A stretch of 64,000 bases of DNA from Eledone cirrhosa (lineage: Eukaryota): NCBI GenBank assembly GCA_964016885.1, contig CAXHJY010000275.1:62001-126000 (forward strand), read 5' to 3'. A program made the position numbers and the translations under genes. Below are positions 60,164-64,000 of this stretch, piece by piece (the stretch's first letter is position 1; every line of letters begins with the position of its first letter). The notes below the pieces were generated by a model. It was not told the DNA's origin and did no database searches. It saw only the letters and a list, made by a program, of their open reading frames with translations.

Positions 60164-63100
60164 AACACACCCTGCCATTACCCCACCACCACTGTTCTTC
60201 TAGCCCTCAATTTTCCCACCGTTATGGATGGATGAGCTGAGAATACATTTGAGCAACTCTGAATCAATAGATGAAATATGAATCTGCGAGCTACCAAGCA
60301 CCCACGTGAAGCGCCAACCCAGAGACCCTCCCCTACGAGTGTCGACATATGCCCAAAACTCTGAGTTGGTACCATCAATGTAGGCTCAATGAAAGGAAGA
60401 GTAGGAGAAATCGTAGAAATGCTAGAGCGAAAGGAAGTTGATGTATGCTGTGTGCAAGAGACTAGATGGAGAGGAGGGTCTGCTAGAGTCCTTGTAGGAA
60501 AAAGCCAGTGCTACAAATTCTTCTGGGTGGGAAATGACGATGGGATGGGTGGTGTAGGTATACTATTAGCTGACAAGTGGGTAGTTAAAGTAATCTCAGT
60601 GTACAGGGTAAATGCAAGAATCATTAAACTCAGACTAGTCCTGAATAAGACAATTACCACAATAATATCAGCTTACGCACCCCAATCGGGGCTGCCAGAC
60701 GAACTTAAGGATAGGTTTTACGAGTCCCTAATGCACACTACTGCTCTAACAGACGACAAGGACTTCCTAATCATTGCAGGAGATTTTAACGGACACGTAG
60801 GTAAACACTGCGACGGCTTCAATAGAGTACATGGAGGCCATGGAGTTGGCACAAGGAATGAGGAAGGATTCAGATTTCTAGAATTCTGCGACGCCAATGA
60901 CATGTCGATATGTAACACAAACTTTAAAAAACCCGACAACCACCTGATCACCTATAGATCAGGGGAGCATTCTAGTCAGTTAGATTTTATCCTCATCAGA
61001 GGACGTGACAGATGGACGGTCGTAAACACAAAAGCCTTCCCTAGTGAGGAATGTACATCCCAACATAGCTTAGTTGTCAGCGACCTCACGGTCAGAACTA
61101 GACGAACCCGGAAACAGAGGCCAACCTGGAGAAGAAAGATCTGGAAGCTGAAAGTCCCCTCACCCAGTAACAGATTTAAAGATATTTTACTCAACGCCTA
61201 CGACAGTAAAGAAGAACAGATATAGACATTTAACGTAGAAGAGAACTGGGAGTTCCTAAAAAATAACTTACTAGAGGCGACGGATGAGGTTTGTGGCTGG
61301 AGTAAGACCTCAAGCAGGAGGAGAGTGACTTGGTGGTGGAACAATAAGGTAGATGAAGCAGTCAAGGCCAAGAGACAGGCATGGAAAGAATGGAAGAACG
61401 GGGGGAGCAGGGTACATTACATAGAGACCAAGAGGGAAGCTAGGCGACAAGTATACTTAGCTAGGAGGGAAGCAGAGGATAGAAAATTCAAGCATGTTTT
61501 ACAACGTGAGGACCAGAAACAGGAGGTATTCAAGATTGCGAGGCAGTGTGTCAGAGATAGTTGTGATGTCATTGGAGAGAAGTGTATCCGGAATGATAAA
61601 GGTGAGCTTGCCCTCACAAGTGCTGAGAAGAAAGATGCATGGAAGAGTCATTATGATAGATTACTAAATGAGGAGAATGCATGGGAAGAAGAGACCCTAC
61701 CCCACGTAGACCCTATAGAGGGACCAGCAGTACAAGTCAGCGGCAGCGTAGTAAGTAAGGCAATCAGAGATATGAAGATAGGGAAGGCAACTGGTCCATC
61801 GGGTATAGCTGCCGAGATGCTGAAGGCATCTGGGTCTGTAGGTCACACTATAACCACACGTATCGTTAACCAGATAATACTAGAAGGGGCCATACCAAAA
61901 GATTGGTGCAGTAGCATCATTGTCAACTGCTACAAAGGTAAAGGCGATGCACTAGATAGAGGAAACTATAGAAGTATAAAGTTAATGGACCAGGTCATGA
62001 AAGTAACAGAAAGAGTTATAGCACAGCTGATTATGGACCGGGTGAATGTAGACGAGATGCAATTTGGGTTTGTACCAGGGAAAGGCACCACTGATGCCCT
62101 CTTCCTTGTGAGGCAATTACAGGAAAAGTACCTAGCTAAAAGTAAGCCACTCTACTTGGCATTTGTCGACCTTGAGAAAGCCTTTAACAGAGTTCCACGT
62201 GCAGTAATCTGGTGGGCTCTTAGAAAACTAGGAGTAGATGAATGGCTTGTGAAAGCGGTACAAGCCATGTATAGGGGAGCAGTCAGCAAAGTTAGGATTA
62301 GCAATGAGTATAGCGAGGAATTTAGCGTACAGGTTGGGGTCCACCAGGGCTCTGTTCTTAGCCCTCTCCTGTTCATCATAGTCCTGCAGGCAATAACAGA
62401 GGAGTTTAAGACCGGATGCCCATGGGAACTCTTGTATGCTGATGACCTCGCACTCATAGCTGAATCTATGGTAGAACTAGAGAATAAATTCCAAACCTGG
62501 AAGCAGGGACTAGAGAGAAAGGGCCTCAAAGTCAACATGACAAAGACTAAGGTCCTTGTAAGTAGACGAGAAAACAGAACCCAGATCCCCTCAGGGAAAT
62601 GGCCTTGCTCAGTATGTAGGAAAGGTGTAGGTAGGAACTCCATTCTCTGCCCCAAATGCAAACAATGGGTACACAAGAGATGTAGCGGGATCTCAGGAAG
62701 CTTAATTAAGAATGTAGGATTCACATGCAGCAGCTGTGCTGAAACAGCAAGCAAACAGCCACAGGAAACAAGTACCACCAATCTCTGGGAGGGCCCTGTA
62801 GAAACAGTAGACAGCTTCTGCTACCTAGGTGACCGAATTAGCAACAGAGGTGGGTGCTCAGAAAGTATAACTAGGGTAAGAACGGGATGGAAGAAGTTTA
62901 GGGAACTACTACCACTGCTAGCTGCAAAAGGCTTCTCCCTCAGAATGAAAGGCAGACTGTATGATGCGTGTATCCGAACAGCGATGTTGCATGGTAGTGA
63001 GACCTGGGCGCTGAAGGTGGAAGACTTACGTAGATTAGAGAGAAACGAAGCCTGCATGCTCCGATGGATGTGTAACAGTAATATACGAGAGAGAGACTGA

Positions 63101-63668
63101 GCATAAGAGGAATCAAATGCTGCGTGCAGGAGAGGCGGTTACGCTGGTATGGACATGTGATGCGTATGAAGGATGACAGCTGCATAAAAAGGTGCAGAGC
63201 ACTAGAAGTTGATGGAAACCGCGGAGTGGGGAGACCCAAGATGACTTGGGATGAGGTGATAAAAGCCGACCTTACCCAACTACACCTTTCAAAGTCAATG
63301 ACACACGACCGTGACTTCTGGCGTCACGCAGTAATACAGGGTACCCGACCTCCCATGGGTACATGCTGAAGCATATAAACAATATGCCCCCACTCCCCCC
63401 ACCGCAAGGTGGTCGTGGAGGTGCCACGGCAAAAAAGCACCCAACCCACACTGTAAAGTGGACGTGTAGGCGCCACGAAAAAGCACCCAGCACTCACTGT
63501 AAATGAGGTTGGTGTTAGGAAGGGCATCCAGCTGTAGAAATCAAGCCAGATCAGTTCCTGTATAAGCAAAGCATGGTCAGCCGACCAGACACTGCCCCCA
63601 CAACAGGACAACCCGTCTAACCCATGCTAGCGTGGAAGAACGGACGTAAAACGGTGATGATGATGATG
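60164..63668 (+). mobile_element. RTE-clade LINE copy 2, near full length, with ~300-bp 3' region and (GAT)n tail
   Basis: Single APE+RT reading frame with lesions, flanked by (TA)n on both sides. The only (GAT)n tail is at 63655-63668. Confidence 0.9.
60278..63369 (+). pseudogene. RTE ORF (APE endonuclease + RT + PHD-like finger), disrupted
   Basis: ATG at 60278 is in frame with KL*VGTINVGSM (TGA at 60362, probably from CGA). Motifs CVQETRW, AGDFNGHVG and SQLDFI are present. There is a TAG at 61223 (probably from GAG, by comparison with copy 1) and YADDL. A short deletion frameshift in a GA run near 63090 removes QPSINVL-equivalent residues. Confidence 0.9.

Positions 63669-64000
<332 letters not shown>

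Overview
This is eukaryotic, repeat-dominated DNA. The SINE and RTE motifs and the (TA)n load suggest a cephalopod or octopod, which is an inference only. Bases 1-37.86 kb are one 43-bp satellite array with nested higher-order duplications. At 40.7-41.4 kb there are two in-frame internal coding exons (+) of a probable SUCO/Slp1 (SUN-domain ossification factor) gene, so the rest of the window is probably intronic. From 38 to 64 kb there is a pile-up of mobile DNA, mostly inside (TA)n/(TATG) microsatellite: two RTE-clade LINEs whose RT carries an inserted PHD-type finger, a near-full-length Tx1/L1-clade LINE, an R4/Dong-like remnant, two MITEs and tRNA-head CORE-SINEs. The SINE 3' tails match the two different RTEs in the window. 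The most notable signal, which no ORF explains, is five sequence-unrelated non-coding elements carrying minimal type-I hammerhead ribozyme motifs with palindromic stem III (Penelope/retrozyme-like). Three are fold-back palindromes with outward-facing ribozymes and reiterated sequence at the fold point.
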